This document shows positions 45,730 through 55,420 of a DNA stretch of 64,000 bases, one piece after another (positions within the stretch are counted from its first letter, which is position 1; every line of letters begins with the position of its first letter). The position numbers and the translations under genes are program-made. The notes beneath the pieces are model-generated. The model saw only the letters and a program-made list of their open reading frames with translations. It did not search any database and was not told the DNA's origin. The DNA lies in NCBI GenBank assembly GCA_035347995.1, contig DAOPQD010000006.1:1019-65018 (forward strand), written 5' to 3'. Source of the stretch: Anaerolineae bacterium. Its GTDB lineage: Bacteria; Chloroflexota; Anaerolineae; B4-G1; SLSP01.

Positions 45730-47382
45730 CTATGCCACACCCGCCGCGACGAAGGCGGCGTTGACGATGGCGCGCGCTTCTTCCTGAATCTGGCGCAGGT
45801 GTTCCGGCCCGCGGAAGCTTTCGGCGTAAATCTTATAGACGTCCTCGGTGCCGGAGGGACGGGCGGCAAACCACCCCTGCGCGGTGACGACCTTCAGCCC
45901 GCCGATGGGGGCGTTGTTCCCCGGCGCGCGGGTGAGCTTGGCGAGGATGGGGTCGCCTGCCAGCGTCTCCGCCTGCACCAGCTCCGGCGAGAGGTCCTTC
46001 AGGACAGCGCGTTGAGGCGCGGAGGCGGGCGCGTCAATGCGCTCGTAGCAGGGGCTGCCGAACAGGGCTTCCAGGTCGCGGTAGTGTTCACCCGGATCCT
46101 TGCCGGTGACGGCGGTGATCTCCGCCGCCAGCAGGTCGAGGATGATGCCGTCTTTGTCGGTCGTCCAGACGGTGCCATCCTGCCGCAGGAACGAGGCGCC
46201 GGCGCTCTCTTCCCCGCCGAAGCCAAAGGAGCCGTCTACCAGCCCTTCGACGAACCACTTGAAGCCGACGGGGGTCTCGCACAGGCGCCGCCTGAGATGC
46301 GCGGCGACGCGATCAATCATGGAGCTGGAGACGAGGGTCTTGCCGATGGCCGCGTCGGGGCGCCAGCCAGGGCGATGCTGGAACAGATAGGAGATGGCGA
46401 CGGCGAGGTAGTGATTGGGGTTCAGCAGGCCCGCGCTGGGCGTGACGATGCCATGCCGGTCGTAGTCGGGGTCGTTGGCGAAGGCGATGTCGAAGCGGTC
46501 TTTGAGGCTGATGAGGCTCGCCATGGCGTAAGGCGAGGAGCAATCCATGCGGATCTTGCCGTCCCAATCCACGGTCATGAAGGCGAAGGTGGGATCCACA
46601 TAGGGATTGACGATTTCCAGGTTCAGCCGATAGGTTTCGGCGATGCGGGGCCAGAAGGCAATGCCCGCTCCGCCCAGGGGGTCCACGCCGATTTTCAGGC
46701 CGGCGGCCGCGATGGCCTCCATGGCCACGACGTTGCGCAGGTCTTCCACGTAGGGCGTGATGTAATCATACGGATGGGTCGTTTCCGCCTTGAGGGCGCG
46801 TTCGAAGGGCATACGGCGCACGGCGTGCAGCCCATCGGCGATGATGGCATTGGCGCGCGCCTGGATGAGGCCCGTGATTTCGGGGTCCGCCGGCCCGCCG
46901 CTGGGCGGATTGTACTTGAAGCCGCCATCGGTGGGCGGATTGTGCGATGGTGTGATGACCACCCCGTCCGCGAGGAGCCCCGGATGGGCCCGGTTGAAGC
47001 TGAGAATGGCGTGGGAGATGACGGGGGTGGGGGTGTAGCCCAATCCTTCCTGAAACATGATGTCGAGGCCGTTGGCGGCGAAGACTTCGACGGCGGAAAT
47101 GAAGGCGGGTTCGGAGAGGGCGTGCGTGTCCATGCCGATGAAGAGCGGCCCGGTGATGCCTTGTGTCTGCCGGTACTCGGCGATCGCCTGGCTGATCGCC
47201 AGCACGTGGTCTTCATTGAAGCTGTGTTTGAAGGAAATGCCGCGATGGCCCGACGTGCCGAAAGCGACCCGTTCCAACGGCTCAGCGGGATCGGGATGAT
47301 AGGCGTAATACGCCGCTACCAGTCGCGGGATATTGGCGAGCATGTCGGGGGGCGCCGGTTTTCCTGCTAGCGGATGTGCCAT
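45730..47382 (-). CDS. pgm: Phosphoglucomutase (alpha-D-glucose phosphate-specific)
   Basis: GTSGHRG active-site serine loop. ...[15 protein letters not shown].... Collinear with E. coli Pgm by recall. Confidence 0.9.
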   Translation of the reverse strand: MAHPLAGKPAPPDMLANIPRLVAAYYAYHPDPAEPLERVAFGTSGHRGISFKHSFNEDHVLAISQAIAEYRQTQGITGPLFIGMDTHALSEPAFISAVEVFAANGLDIMFQEGLGYTPTPVISHAILSFNRAHPGLLADGVVITPSHNPPTDGGFKYNPPSGGPADPEITGLIQARANAIIADGLHAVRRMPFERALKAETTHPYDYITPYVEDLRNVVAMEAIAAAGLKIGVDPLGGAGIAFWPRIAETYRLNLEIVNPYVDPTFAFMTVDWDGKIRMDCSSPYAMASLISLKDRFDIAFANDPDYDRHGIVTPSAGLLNPNHYLAVAISYLFQHRPGWRPDAAIGKTLVSSSMIDRVAAHLRRRLCETPVGFKWFVEGLVDGSFGFGGEESAGASFLRQDGTVWTTDKDGIILDLLAAEITAVTGKDPGEHYRDLEALFGSPCYERIDAPASAPQRAVLKDLSPELVQAETLAGDPILAKLTRAPGNNAPIGGLKVVTAQGWFAARPSGTEDVYKIYAESFRGPEHLRQIQEEARAIVNAAFVAAGVA

Positions 47383-47425
47383 GATGCTGTTCTCCTTTCA
47401 TGTGATGATGGCGGGTGACCTTCAG

Positions 47426-48082
47426 TCAGTTCTCCTCCGTGCGGGGGCGATACAGTCCGGCGGGATTGACGACGAGCATTCCCGCCCGATAGCTGAGGGG
47501 ATCCACCGGTTCCAGCCGCGCCGCCATTTCCGGGGTGAGGAGGGGGATCGGTTTGAGGCGATAGAAGCGCTGTTCGATGATGGCGACGCCGCGCTCATCC
47601 CACATCCAGGGGATGGAATCGAAGCGGCTCAGGTCGAAGAGGCGGGTGTAGGCGCGGAGGGTTTTCTTTCCATTGACGTTGAAATAGGCCTCGAAGTAGG
47701 AGAGCACGAGTTCGCGGGGGGTGCGGTAGATCGGTTCGCGGTAGCGCAATCCCACGAAGTTGGACTTGGCCACGGCACCGAAACAGCCCTGCTCCTTGAA
47801 GAGGGCGAGCACGTGATCGTCGTCCGTCCCCGGTTCAGGCATCATATCGAGGAGCAAGGGGGGATAGCCCAGGCGGCGCAGCGCGGTGGCGGCGAAGAGG
47901 CCACCGTCGAGGCAGTGGGCAATACGATCGCGCATCACATGCAGCGGACAGCGGGTCCGTTCCTCCGCACTGTAGGGCGTCGCATCCAGATATGCCTGGA
48001 TGGCGGCGGGGCTGTGGAGGCCACGAAAGATTTGCAATTCTTCAGGCGTGAGCCGGGCTTCAAATTGGGCCAAGCTGTCCAT
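47426..48082 (-). CDS. Hypothetical protein
   Basis: ORF with consistent GC-rich codon usage. Start taken at MDSLAQ (48082), because the longer track ORF runs into the MITE copy. Confidence 0.5.
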   Translation of the reverse strand: MDSLAQFEARLTPEELQIFRGLHSPAAIQAYLDATPYSAEERTRCPLHVMRDRIAHCLDGGLFAATALRRLGYPPLLLDMMPEPGTDDDHVLALFKEQGCFGAVAKSNFVGLRYREPIYRTPRELVLSYFEAYFNVNGKKTLRAYTRLFDLSRFDSIPWMWDERGVAIIEQRFYRLKPIPLLTPEMAARLEPVDPLSYRAGMLVVNPAGLYRPRTEEN

Positions 48083-48117
48083 ACGTTTGCTATTTTTCAC
48101 ATAGTGGAAGTCTTTTT

Positions 48118-48428
48118 GTAACTGTTCAGCCACCAACTAAGAAACGGCATAGATTTTCGAGCAATTGCTGAAGATTGAGAATTAAATCCTGTTATACACA
48201 CAATTTCTTGCCCCCTATCCCCTGCCCCCGCGCTACGGGGGCAGGGGAACTTTTTTTTGTGGGGTTTTGCAGGCGGGCGCCGCCCGCCTGCAAAACCCCT
48301 TATTTTTCTCCCCCTCTCCAGCCGCATATGCGTCGCTGGGGAGGGGGCAGAGGGTGGAGCGAAAGCTACGGATTACAAAGGTTCGTTCATTGTCATCTGG
48401 GTAGTTGGCGCCAGGCGGAGCAGTTACC
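48118..48428 (+). mobile_element. MITE-like triple-hairpin element, copy C (TIR GTAACTGTTCAGCC / GGAGCAGTTACC)
   Basis: Aligns with copies A and B. Hairpin 1 differs in stem sequence (CCTGCCCCC vs CCTTCCCCCC) with compensating changes on the other arm. Confidence 0.6.
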
Positions 48429-48542
48429 TTTTTCTTATTGTATCATGGCCGCCCGCTCGCGCAATTGGCCGTTCTGCGTCGCGTCATAGCGCCAGGAGGG
48501 GACATTTTCCGTCCGGCGGAGGCGCTGGGGAAAAAGGCGGAC

Positions 48543-48752
48543 TCACTCGTGCTTCCCGAAATACTTGAAGAAGAGCTCTTGGGAGAGCCGGGCGCCTTCG
48601 GGTGTGACCTCCACGGACGCCGATTGCCCGTGGGGGTCGCCGATGTAGCCTTTCTGGTGCAGCCGATCCATGGCCTGCCAATTCAACCCTTTCCAGGCGT
48701 GAACGCCGTATTGGTCGCGCGAGGTCGTGAGATAGAGCAGCGCCAGGATCAT
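48543..48752 (-). CDS. Small hypothetical protein (69 aa) whose 5' region is disrupted or extended by a 74-bp direct duplication (see findings)
   Basis: MILALLYLTTSRDQYGVHAWKG.... An upstream ATG at 48856 opens a 32-codon frame (MEYDADKVDEMILALLYHATG...) that terminates inside the duplication. Confidence 0.4.
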   Translation of the reverse strand: MILALLYLTTSRDQYGVHAWKGLNWQAMDRLHQKGYIGDPHGQSASVEVTPEGARLSQELFFKYFGKHE

Positions 48753-49120
48753 CTCGTCTACTTTGTCCCACTTGCGGCGTGATGTTGAGGAATGCCCGTC
48801 GCGTGATAGAGCAGCGCCAGGATCATCTCGTCTACTTTGTCTGCGTCGTATTCCATTGCGCTCTCCTTGTGTGAGGTAAAAGCATCGTCGGTGACGCTTT
48901 TATTTGCCCTGGCGGCTCGCCACTGGACGCCGGCCCTTGAGCCATGAGGGCGCGCGGCGGCTGTCTGCAGGCTCGCTTATGGGCAGAGCGCGCCGGGTGC
49001 TTCGGGGACCATTATCCTCATTTTGGGTGGGAAGGCAAACCCACAGGGTCTGTCGGACTGACCCGGACAGACCCTGTGGGATGGCGCAGCGGAGACGCTG
49101 CTGCCGTGCCGCGCCTGGCG

Positions 49121-50629
49121 TCAGGTGGAATTTCGCAGCACCAGCGGCAGGTAAAGCCAGGAGGAAACTTCGCGATATTCGTAGGCGCCGATGTCGGGGC
49201 GCGCATTGCGGGGATGGTTCTCCAGGTCCACAGTCGGGGCGCCCTCAGCGCTGCCGGCGTTGATCGCCGGGCTGCCCGTCTGCAGGTGATAGTCGCCCGT
49301 CTCGCCCCAGGCCGGGCGCACGAAGCGCGGGTCGCCGCAGGCGTTCCCCTCGCCCAGGGAGGCGATGTTTTCACAGGTGAAGGCCGTCTCGCCGTGGGTC
49401 AGGAGGGTCGTGTTCTGTGGCAGGTAGAAGAGGTTGTGGTCGGCCATCACGGTGCTCGCTGGGTTGATGTAGAGGGGACAGTCGGACCCGCGCCCGCTGA
49501 AGACCGTGTTGCGCAGCGTCAGCTGCACCGGCACGGGATTGTCGTACTGCACGTACAGGAGATAGTTCTGCCCCACGTAGTCATCCACGGTGACGTTGAC
49601 GATCTCGAAATGGGCGTTCGCTTGCTCCACCTGGTCAATGACGATGGCGGCCCAGGGCGTCGTTTCGGCGTTGCCGTCGCCGCGGCCATAGATGAGGGTG
49701 TTCTCCACACGGCTGCCGTCGGCCCAGACCTTCACCCCATCGCAGGAGTTGTTGGCGACAACGCAACGGCGGATGGTGGTGTTGGCGGCCTTGGAGTCCA
49801 GCCCGTCGCCGTAGTTGTGCTCGGCGACGGTGTCTTCAATCAGGATGGGGCCCTGGGCCGGCTCGATGCCGAAACCGTCGGGGCGGTCGTAGGGGCGGGT
49901 GGAGCCGTCGCCGCCCTGATAATAGTGGCCGCTCCAGGAAAGGGAGCAGCCGCGGATGGTGACGTTGCGCCAGCCGCCGTGCTCCCCCGCCGGCCCGCCC
50001 AACGCGCCGAAGCCGGCGTACTCGATGCGACAGTTGAGGATTTGCAGGTCGTCCACATCCTGGATGTTCATCCCGAATTCATCCACATGGTGGATGGTGA
50101 GGTCTTGCAGAACGATGTGGGCAGAGGGCGCGCCCAGGATTTCTACCCCCTCGCGGAACCACAGCGCCTCGCCGGTAGCCTGATCGTCGTGGGTGATCTC
50201 CAGGTTCTGGATGCGGACGTACTGGATGCCGGACAGGTTGATGGCGGTGAGCAGGTTATCGCGCCCGGCCAGGACGGGGCGGTGGCCCTCCTCGCCCTGG
50301 ATGGTGATCCAGGCGGAGGCAGTGCCGGAGGGCGGGGTGAGGATGTCGGCGTCGTACTCGCTCAAGGTGTAACGCCCGTCGAGGATGATGAGCGTATCGC
50401 CGGGGGCCAGTTGGCGGGAGCCGTAGCCGGGGGTGGCCCAGGGCTGCTCGCGGCTGCCGGGATGGGCGTTGTCGCCGTTCGGAGCGACGTAGAACGTGTG
50501 GCCACCGGTCACGACGGTCGCCTCCTCAGGCGTCGGCGGCGAGGCAGCGGTCGGTGCGGGCGGAGTGGAGAAGGTGCAGGCAAGGAGCAGGGGGAGGGTC
50601 AGAGCCGCGAAAAAACATCGAATTCGCAT
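49121..50629 (-). CDS. Secreted right-handed parallel beta-helix protein ending in ...LYLPLVLRNST
   Basis: Signal peptide MRIRCFFAALTLPLLLAC. Beta-helix repeats (...IQNLEITHDD..., NCRIEYAGFG..., IRGCSLSWSGH...). GAGGAGG RBS 6 nt before the ATG at 50629. Confidence 0.75.
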   Translation of the reverse strand: MRIRCFFAALTLPLLLACTFSTPPAPTAASPPTPEEATVVTGGHTFYVAPNGDNAHPGSREQPWATPGYGSRQLAPGDTLIILDGRYTLSEYDADILTPPSGTASAWITIQGEEGHRPVLAGRDNLLTAINLSGIQYVRIQNLEITHDDQATGEALWFREGVEILGAPSAHIVLQDLTIHHVDEFGMNIQDVDDLQILNCRIEYAGFGALGGPAGEHGGWRNVTIRGCSLSWSGHYYQGGDGSTRPYDRPDGFGIEPAQGPILIEDTVAEHNYGDGLDSKAANTTIRRCVVANNSCDGVKVWADGSRVENTLIYGRGDGNAETTPWAAIVIDQVEQANAHFEIVNVTVDDYVGQNYLLYVQYDNPVPVQLTLRNTVFSGRGSDCPLYINPASTVMADHNLFYLPQNTTLLTHGETAFTCENIASLGEGNACGDPRFVRPAWGETGDYHLQTGSPAINAGSAEGAPTVDLENHPRNARPDIGAYEYREVSSWLYLPLVLRNST

Positions 50630-50668
50630 GAGGGCCTCCTCGAAAATCAGCAAATCGGCAAATCTCAA

Positions 50669-50910
50669 AATTACTTGCGTGGCAAATGTAACGCGAACTT
50701 CAGGCCGCTCTCAGGCCGTCCCGAATGAATTCCGGGTCTGCCATGTGAGGCCCGCTGAAGCAGGCTTCCAAACAACGCGCTTCAGCGCGGTTGGCTCGTG
50801 TCGGGCTGAGGATGGAATCCCCAGCCGCCCCGTGAGCCGTCGCTGTCGCTGCTCACGACGCACATTTTCATGCTTGCGGGGTGTGCGCCCGCACATGGCG
50901 TCACCTGCCC
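50669..50910 (-). repeat. Family-2 conserved leader repeat upstream of the beta-helix gene (copy b)
   Basis: Reverse complement contains GCTGAAGCGCGTTGTTTG, the CCCGGAATTCATTCGGG hairpin and the GAGGAGG RBS, as in copies a and c. Confidence 0.5.
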
Positions 50911-50964
50911 TCATCCCTCCTCTGCAAAAGGAGGGATGAGGGCACAAAAGGGGGGAAGACCAGG

Positions 50965-51237
50965 TCAATAGTTTCTCAACACCAGCGGCAGGTAGACGCC
51001 GTATCCGCCGCCGCACCAATAGCCCAGGCAGCCCTTATAGGTCGTGCTGAAGCCACTGCCGATGGCCGTCTGACCGACGGTGAAGTTGACGGCATAGTGA
51101 GCCGAACTGGCCGCTCCCCCGCTGCCGGTCAGCGGGGTGAACCAGTCCAGGCGGTAGTTGGGGGAAGACATCGCCAGGGCGCGGCCGGCCAGGAGGAACA
51201 GGACAGCCAGAGTCAGCAGAATTGCTATCCGTTTCAT
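50965..51237 (-). CDS. Small secreted Gly-rich protein (90 aa) ending in ...VYLPLVLRNY
   Basis: Signal peptide MKRIAILLTLAVLFLLAGRALA. C-terminal tail shared with two neighbours. Confidence 0.6.
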   Translation of the reverse strand: MKRIAILLTLAVLFLLAGRALAMSSPNYRLDWFTPLTGSGGAASSAHYAVNFTVGQTAIGSGFSTTYKGCLGYWCGGGYGVYLPLVLRNY

Positions 51238-51252
51238 GGCCCACCTCCTATG

Positions 51253-52410
51253 TCACTCCACCAAGCGCACAAACATGTGCCCCAGGCGAATCTCATTGGC
51301 AGAGCCATCGCCCTCAAAATGCAATGAAAAGCGCGCGAAGAGTGGTCCATAAATGTCGACGGGCGAGGCAGCTGTACACGTCTGGCAGGTCCAGGTTGTG
51401 CTGGATACGTCGGTAGTGAAACTGCAGAGGCGTTGGTTTGTGCCATTAGTTCTTACATATTCAACATCAACCTGGGTGATTTTATCGTCAAGGTGTGTGT
51501 CAGCCATAGAATAACAGAAGTGGAATTCCGAGAACTTGACGCGCGTGCCAAACAGGTAGGCTACTACATCCACCGGCAGGAGGGCTGTGCAGTCATCTGC
51601 CCCCGCGGAATAAAGCGCAACCCACCCGAATTGAGTAGAATGGACAATCTTCAAATCGCCGTCGCCGCTTGCATCTCCTGGCACAATGTTCAGAGGGCTG
51701 ACGTTCCAGTCTGTGTCGGCGGTGCTCTTGATGACGCCGGTGCCGCTGGCCATCAGGGACACGCCGGTGGTGCTATGACCGTGTACCCCACTCCCAGCCT
51801 CGCTCCAACCGCGCACTCCTTCACCGCTAAGACTGTACCCGTATACCCCTCTGCCACTGCCATTGTTTTGCACAACCAGAAGTGTGCCGGAACTATTATC
51901 TATGATATTCGCCCCCGGCTTCAGGCTGAAGGCGTATGGCACGGGATAGATAGGCTGGCGGGGGCTCATTTCTGTGTCGGTTCCCACCTGGACACCCAGG
52001 TAAAGCTGCTGACCATTAACCACGGAGGACGAGCAGGGGATAGAGGTGGAAAACAGCCCGTTGCTCACCTGCAGGGATGGCGGCGTGACCTGACATAGGA
52101 TGCTACCTCCTGATCCGGTTTCGTATATGCGCAGGGAGACGTTGTTAAAAGTCCCGTTGAGCGGGTTGCCGCTGGCGTCTGTCAGCCGGCCCTGGATGGG
52201 GATATAAGAGCCCACGGCGGCGATCCCCACTTCGCCTTCCGGTTGCACCTCTCCCTCCGGCGGGGGGGCCTGCGCCTGGCTCAGGCCGGCGGTCAGGGTC
52301 ATGCTCAGCAGCGCGACCAGAATGCCGATAAAGAACCGTTGCCGTTTCATTCTGCACCTCCATATCTGAGTTTTGGATAGAATGGTTTGGAAAACGTATT
52401 CTAGTTTCAC
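51253..52410 (-). CDS. Secreted hypothetical protein (385 aa, Gly/Ser/Thr-rich), no YLPLVLRN tail
   Basis: Signal peptide MKRQRFFIGILVALLSMTLTAGLSQA. Sits between two tail-bearing genes on the same strand. Confidence 0.6.
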   Translation of the reverse strand: MKLEYVFQTILSKTQIWRCRMKRQRFFIGILVALLSMTLTAGLSQAQAPPPEGEVQPEGEVGIAAVGSYIPIQGRLTDASGNPLNGTFNNVSLRIYETGSGGSILCQVTPPSLQVSNGLFSTSIPCSSSVVNGQQLYLGVQVGTDTEMSPRQPIYPVPYAFSLKPGANIIDNSSGTLLVVQNNGSGRGVYGYSLSGEGVRGWSEAGSGVHGHSTTGVSLMASGTGVIKSTADTDWNVSPLNIVPGDASGDGDLKIVHSTQFGWVALYSAGADDCTALLPVDVVAYLFGTRVKFSEFHFCYSMADTHLDDKITQVDVEYVRTNGTNQRLCSFTTDVSSTTWTCQTCTAASPVDIYGPLFARFSLHFEGDGSANEIRLGHMFVRLVE

Positions 52411-52624
52411 CGCACACCTCCTGAAGATTCTTCACTACGAAGGATATCAAGGGCAAAAGAACTCACCTTCCCATCTGCACCCCCTTTTTCCACCACAAGG
52501 GACAGAGTTTTTCCCCTTCGCCCTGCTATCCCTGATACACATTCTGGTCCCGCTGCGTTTGTACCAGGAGGGGGCAGGGGGGAAATCCGCGCCAACCCGC
52601 GCCCCTGCTCCCCATCTCCTTTGC

Positions 52625-54808
52625 TCAGTAGTTCCGTAACACCAGCGGCAGGTACAGGTAGACGAATCTCCCCTCGTCCGCCCCGACGTCGGGTGACGGG
52701 CCGATAGGCCGGGGGTCGCCGTCTATGTCCCGCCTGACCCAGGTCAGCAGCAGGGCGTGGTCAGCGGCGTTGGAGCCGAACCGGAGATGATAGTCGGGCA
52801 ACAGCCTCGCCGGGCCGGACACTTCGTTCGTGCTGGTGACCCCCGGGCTGTAGTTGCTTTCGTTGCCCTCGAACAACGTATAATCGGCCGTGACCGTGCT
52901 GGTAGGCGACGCAGTGTTGGTGATGCCCACCGTCTGACTCACGATGAGGTTGTTGTACAGGAGCACCTTGCTATTGCCGCCGACATACACTCCGACCCCA
53001 TCGCCGCTCAGGTTGGCGACGAGGGTGTTGTGCGCCATTCGCCCTCTGATGAGCCCACTGTTGACAATCGCCACGCCGCTGCCGGTGGCGCTGACCGCGT
53101 TGCGCGCGATGATGTTGTTGGTCAGCGTGAAGACGTGGCACGAAGCTACCCGCACCCCGCCACCGTTGCCAGTTGTGGCGCCGCTGGCCTGATTATCCAG
53201 GATGGTGTTGCCTTCCAGCCACGGCCTGGCGCCCGAGAGCGCAAAGCCGCCGCCGAAACCTGTGCCCCCGTAACTGGTGGTGTTGCTGAGGACCTCGTTG
53301 CCGACGAAGCGGGGCGTGCCTCCCCGGACATCGACCCCGCCTCCTGCGCCCCAGCCCTCAGGAGCAGAGTTGGCGACGTTCTGGGCGATGCGGTTATCCT
53401 GAACCAGGACCACGCTCCTCGAGATCGCCATCCCGCCGCCCCAGCCCCAGCCGCCCCCCGCGCCCAGCACGGCCATGTTGTCGGTGATGATGTTCTCCTC
53501 GAGCAATCCGCCCCCGCCGTTGACGTAGAAGCCGCCGCCGTAGCCGGGGGTCTTGGACGAGGCGATATTATCGAACACCCGATTAGCCATCACCGTGGCG
53601 TAGCAGTCGTCCAGATAGAGGCCGCCGCCGTTGCCGTCAGCGACGTAACTGGCGCGGTTGTCATCGGCCACCACGTTCCCGCTCACCTCCGCTGCGGCAG
53701 ATAGGTTGTGCAGATACATCCCCCCACCCAGGCCGCGTTGGTCCAGCAAGGTGGCGACGTTGCCATAGACCCGGTTGTCGCGGATGACGGCCAGCGGGCC
53801 GTCGAAGAAAATGCCGCCGCCGCGGCTGAAGAGTCCCGGATCGGCCGTACCCTTGAGAGCGACATTGCCCTGGATCAGGTTGCGCTCTATCGTCACCGCC
53901 CTGTCCGAGTCTACGAAGATGCCGCCGCCGTGGGCCATCATATCTTGGCCGGCGACGTTGCGCAGGAGGCGATTGTCGGCAAGGACAGGGCTGCCGCCGA
54001 TCACGGCGATCCCGCCGCCGTTGCCCGCCGAGTGACCGGCGCGGTTGGTCTGGAGGGTATTGGAGAGCACCTGGGGGGAAGCATTCTCCAGATAGATGCC
54101 GCCTCCCCACCCCACGTTGCCGTCGTCGGCCACGTTGTTGGCGATGAGGTTGTTGCTGATGACGGCAGTGGCCGGAGCGTTGACCAGGTAGAGGCCCCCG
54201 CCGCGCCCATAGCCGGTGCAGGCTGCCGTCATGCAACCGTAGTTGCCGGTGATGATGTTATTGGCGATGAGGGGGGCCGCATTCCGCGCCGCGATGCCGC
54301 CGCCGTGGTTGGGGCCGTCCGCCGCGCCGCCCGCATTGCCGCCGGTGATGGTGAAACAGTCAATCGTGGGACTGGACTTGGTGATGCTGATGACCCGTGA
54401 GGTTCCGCTCCCGTCTAGAACCACGTTCTCCGGGTTACAGGCGGTGGGGGCCCAGACCCAATCTGTTCCCACAGGGTTGGGATGAGCCTGCCACGCGCCA
54501 TCCAACGTGACTGTCTTGGTGACGACGATGGGCCCATAAAAGGCGGAGGGCCCGGCGATGTCATCCCGGTCGGCCACACAGATCGTCTCGCCGGCCGATG
54601 CCCACTTCAGGGCGTACTGGATGGATTTACACGGGTTATTGGGGTTGCTGCAGGTATTTTCAGGGCTGTTGTTGCCGCCGTTGACCACATAGCGGTTGCA
54701 CGGCACGGCAGCCTGCGCCTGGATAACGGGGCCCTTCAACGCGAGCACCAACAGGAGCGCCAGTCCCAGGCCAATTCCGATAGCTACCAGTAAACGTAGG
54801 GTACGCAT
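52625..54808 (-). CDS. Secreted right-handed parallel beta-helix repeat protein (727 aa) ending in ...LYLPLVLRNY
   Basis: Signal peptide or N-terminal TM. Many ~22-aa beta-helix coils (G.I...N.I..N..GGGIY...). GAGGAGG RBS. Confidence 0.75.
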   Translation of the reverse strand: MRTLRLLVAIGIGLGLALLLVLALKGPVIQAQAAVPCNRYVVNGGNNSPENTCSNPNNPCKSIQYALKWASAGETICVADRDDIAGPSAFYGPIVVTKTVTLDGAWQAHPNPVGTDWVWAPTACNPENVVLDGSGTSRVISITKSSPTIDCFTITGGNAGGAADGPNHGGGIAARNAAPLIANNIITGNYGCMTAACTGYGRGGGLYLVNAPATAVISNNLIANNVADDGNVGWGGGIYLENASPQVLSNTLQTNRAGHSAGNGGGIAVIGGSPVLADNRLLRNVAGQDMMAHGGGIFVDSDRAVTIERNLIQGNVALKGTADPGLFSRGGGIFFDGPLAVIRDNRVYGNVATLLDQRGLGGGMYLHNLSAAAEVSGNVVADDNRASYVADGNGGGLYLDDCYATVMANRVFDNIASSKTPGYGGGFYVNGGGGLLEENIITDNMAVLGAGGGWGWGGGMAISRSVVLVQDNRIAQNVANSAPEGWGAGGGVDVRGGTPRFVGNEVLSNTTSYGGTGFGGGFALSGARPWLEGNTILDNQASGATTGNGGGVRVASCHVFTLTNNIIARNAVSATGSGVAIVNSGLIRGRMAHNTLVANLSGDGVGVYVGGNSKVLLYNNLIVSQTVGITNTASPTSTVTADYTLFEGNESNYSPGVTSTNEVSGPARLLPDYHLRFGSNAADHALLLTWVRRDIDGDPRPIGPSPDVGADEGRFVYLYLPLVLRNY

Positions 54809-54975
54809 CTTGTCCTCCTCTTCTAAAATAAAAATGGCTCACAGAGAAACACGGATTTCACGGATCAGAAAAGGTAATGCAAACTTCCGGCTGCTCTCAA
54901 GCCGCCCCGGAATGAATTCCGGGTCTGCTACGTCAAGCGCGCTGAAGCGGACTCCTCAAACAATACGCTCTTTGG
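54809..54975 (-). repeat. Family-2 conserved leader repeat upstream of the 727-aa beta-helix gene (copy c)
   Basis: Reverse complement closely matches copy b over ~100 nt (hairpin CCCGGAATTCATTCCGGG, CTGATCCGTGAAATCCGTG, GCCATTTT, GAGGAGG). Confidence 0.5.
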
Positions 54976-55035
54976 TAGATTGCAGGTCAGTGAGGGGGGC
55001 ACAATCCGACAGCTACATCGGTGGATACGGGGTGG

Positions 55036-55200
55036 CTGGATGCTGGATACTGGATGCTGGATACTGGATACTGGATGCTGGATGCTGGATGCTGGATACT
55101 GGATGCTGGATGCTGGATACTGGATGCTGGATACTGGATGCTGGATGCTGGATGCTGGATACTGGATGCTGGATGCTGGAGGCTGGAGGCTGGATACTGG
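55036..55200. repeat. Heptanucleotide microsatellite (TGGATRC)n, ~23 units
   Basis: ctggatgctggatactggatgctgg... seen directly. Intergenic, ~230 bp upstream of the beta-helix gene start. Confidence 0.8.
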
Positions 55201-55420
55201 CCGTCACTCATTACCCATCACCTATCACTCCCTCCCCCATTACCATCTGCGGTGAGTCCTGGCACAATTTCATTATAGCACGCTTTTTTAGCTGGCGCGC
55301 ATAGAATTTCCTGGCGAGTGCCGCGGCCGCGAGCCTGAGAGCGCCAGGAAACGGCCTCCGCGCGCCGCAACGGCCTCAAGGATGGAGTTGCCTCATCGCG
55401 CTGGCGGGGTGAACGCTTCC

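Noticed and set aside
49121-54808. Diversity-generating retroelement or phage tail-fibre cassette explanation for the beta-helix proteins
   Set aside because: No reverse transcriptase, template repeat or phage structural genes in or near the locus. The conserved C-terminal tail and signal peptides point to envelope proteins instead.
54987-55211. ORFs encoding PASSIQH/WMLDTGC peptide repeats
   Set aside because: They are simply translations of the 7-nt microsatellite in every frame. Intergenic, no start context.
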